This document shows, piece by piece, positions 16,244 through 16,722 of a stretch of DNA of 16,722 bases (positions within the stretch are counted from its first letter, which is position 1; each line of letters begins with the position of its first letter). Source of the DNA: Candidatus Fraserbacteria bacterium (GTDB lineage Bacteria > Bipolaricaulota > Bipolaricaulia > RBG-16-55-9 > JANLFV01). Below the pieces are notes generated by a model, which had not been told where the DNA came from, searched no databases, and saw only the letters and a list, made by a program, of their open reading frames with translations. The stretch covers positions 3,548-20,269 of the forward strand of contig JBBIJD010000008.1 of the NCBI GenBank assembly GCA_037446135.1, given 5' to 3'. Position numbers and translations under genes: made by a program.

Positions 16244-16722
16244 TCACCGCCTCGTTTTCCCCCTCCTCGCGCCCGCGGCGAACCGCCTGGCTTGGAAGAG
16301 GAAGGCCTCGAGCCTGGTCTTGAGGTTCGTCTGCTTCTGGCCGTCGAAGGTGAGGTTGAGCCAGGGGATGTTCCCATGGTCCTTCCGGACCAGACTGGAG
16401 ACGGCGCTCACCATCGTCCCCGGCATGCAGGAGAAGGGGAGGGTATAGAGTATCCCCGCCGCCCCTTTGGTGATATAGTCGACGGCCTTCCCGACATCGA
16501 GGACCGGCTCGCCCCGGTAGACCTCCTTGATGTAGGGGGCGCTATTCTCGATGATCCTTGTAATCCGCGGCTCGTGGAGGTCGCTCCCCGGCAGAAGAGG
16601 GACGAAGCTCCGCGCGACCTCCTCCTCGCCATGGTGCTGCCAGAGGTCCTCGAGCCAAGCGTTGAGCAGGCTGAAGAACTCCTTCCGCTCGAGGCTGTCC
16701 TGGATCTTCTTCCGGTTGGTGT
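16244..16722 (-). CDS. C-terminal part of a CoA-substrate activase / 2-hydroxyacyl-CoA dehydratase-associated protein (5' end outside the window)
   Basis: Open frame to the window edge: ...GEPVLDVGKAVDYITKGAAGILYTLPFSCMPGTMV...IPWLNLTFDGQKQTNLKTRLEAFLFQA; the PFxCMP and TRLEAF motifs are typical of this family. Confidence 0.75.
   Translation of the reverse strand, partial: TNRKKIQDSLERKEFFSLLNAWLEDLWQHHGEEEVARSFVPLLPGSDLHEPRITRIIENSAPYIKEVYRGEPVLDVGKAVDYITKGAAGILYTLPFSCMPGTMVSAVSSLVRKDHGNIPWLNLTFDGQKQTNLKTRLEAFLFQARRFAAGARRGKTRR

Overview
GC-rich bacterial window; the gene style is reminiscent of Ca. Bipolaricaulota/Acetothermia (inference only). From left to right it contains: the 5' end of a Thermotoga-type RNase Z; a B-box/TM2 membrane protein interrupted by an in-frame TAG; a leaderless, apparently autoregulated zur-znuACB-type metal uptake operon; a ~430-nt structured leader (c-di-GMP-I riboswitch, an unrecognised tRNA-like RNA domain, anti-SD elements and a perfect hairpin) ahead of a secreted PKD-domain surface protein; and a long minus-strand cluster. 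That cluster runs CoA-activase-like gene, PAP2 phosphatase, two Cys-less thiolase-fold genes, a ttrBCA-like molybdoenzyme cassette, two DUF35 Zn-ribbon/OB-fold genes and meaB. The most notable items are the tRNA-mimic in the riboswitch leader and the molybdoenzyme cassette that splits the thiolase pair from its DUF35 partners between 10-bp direct repeats.
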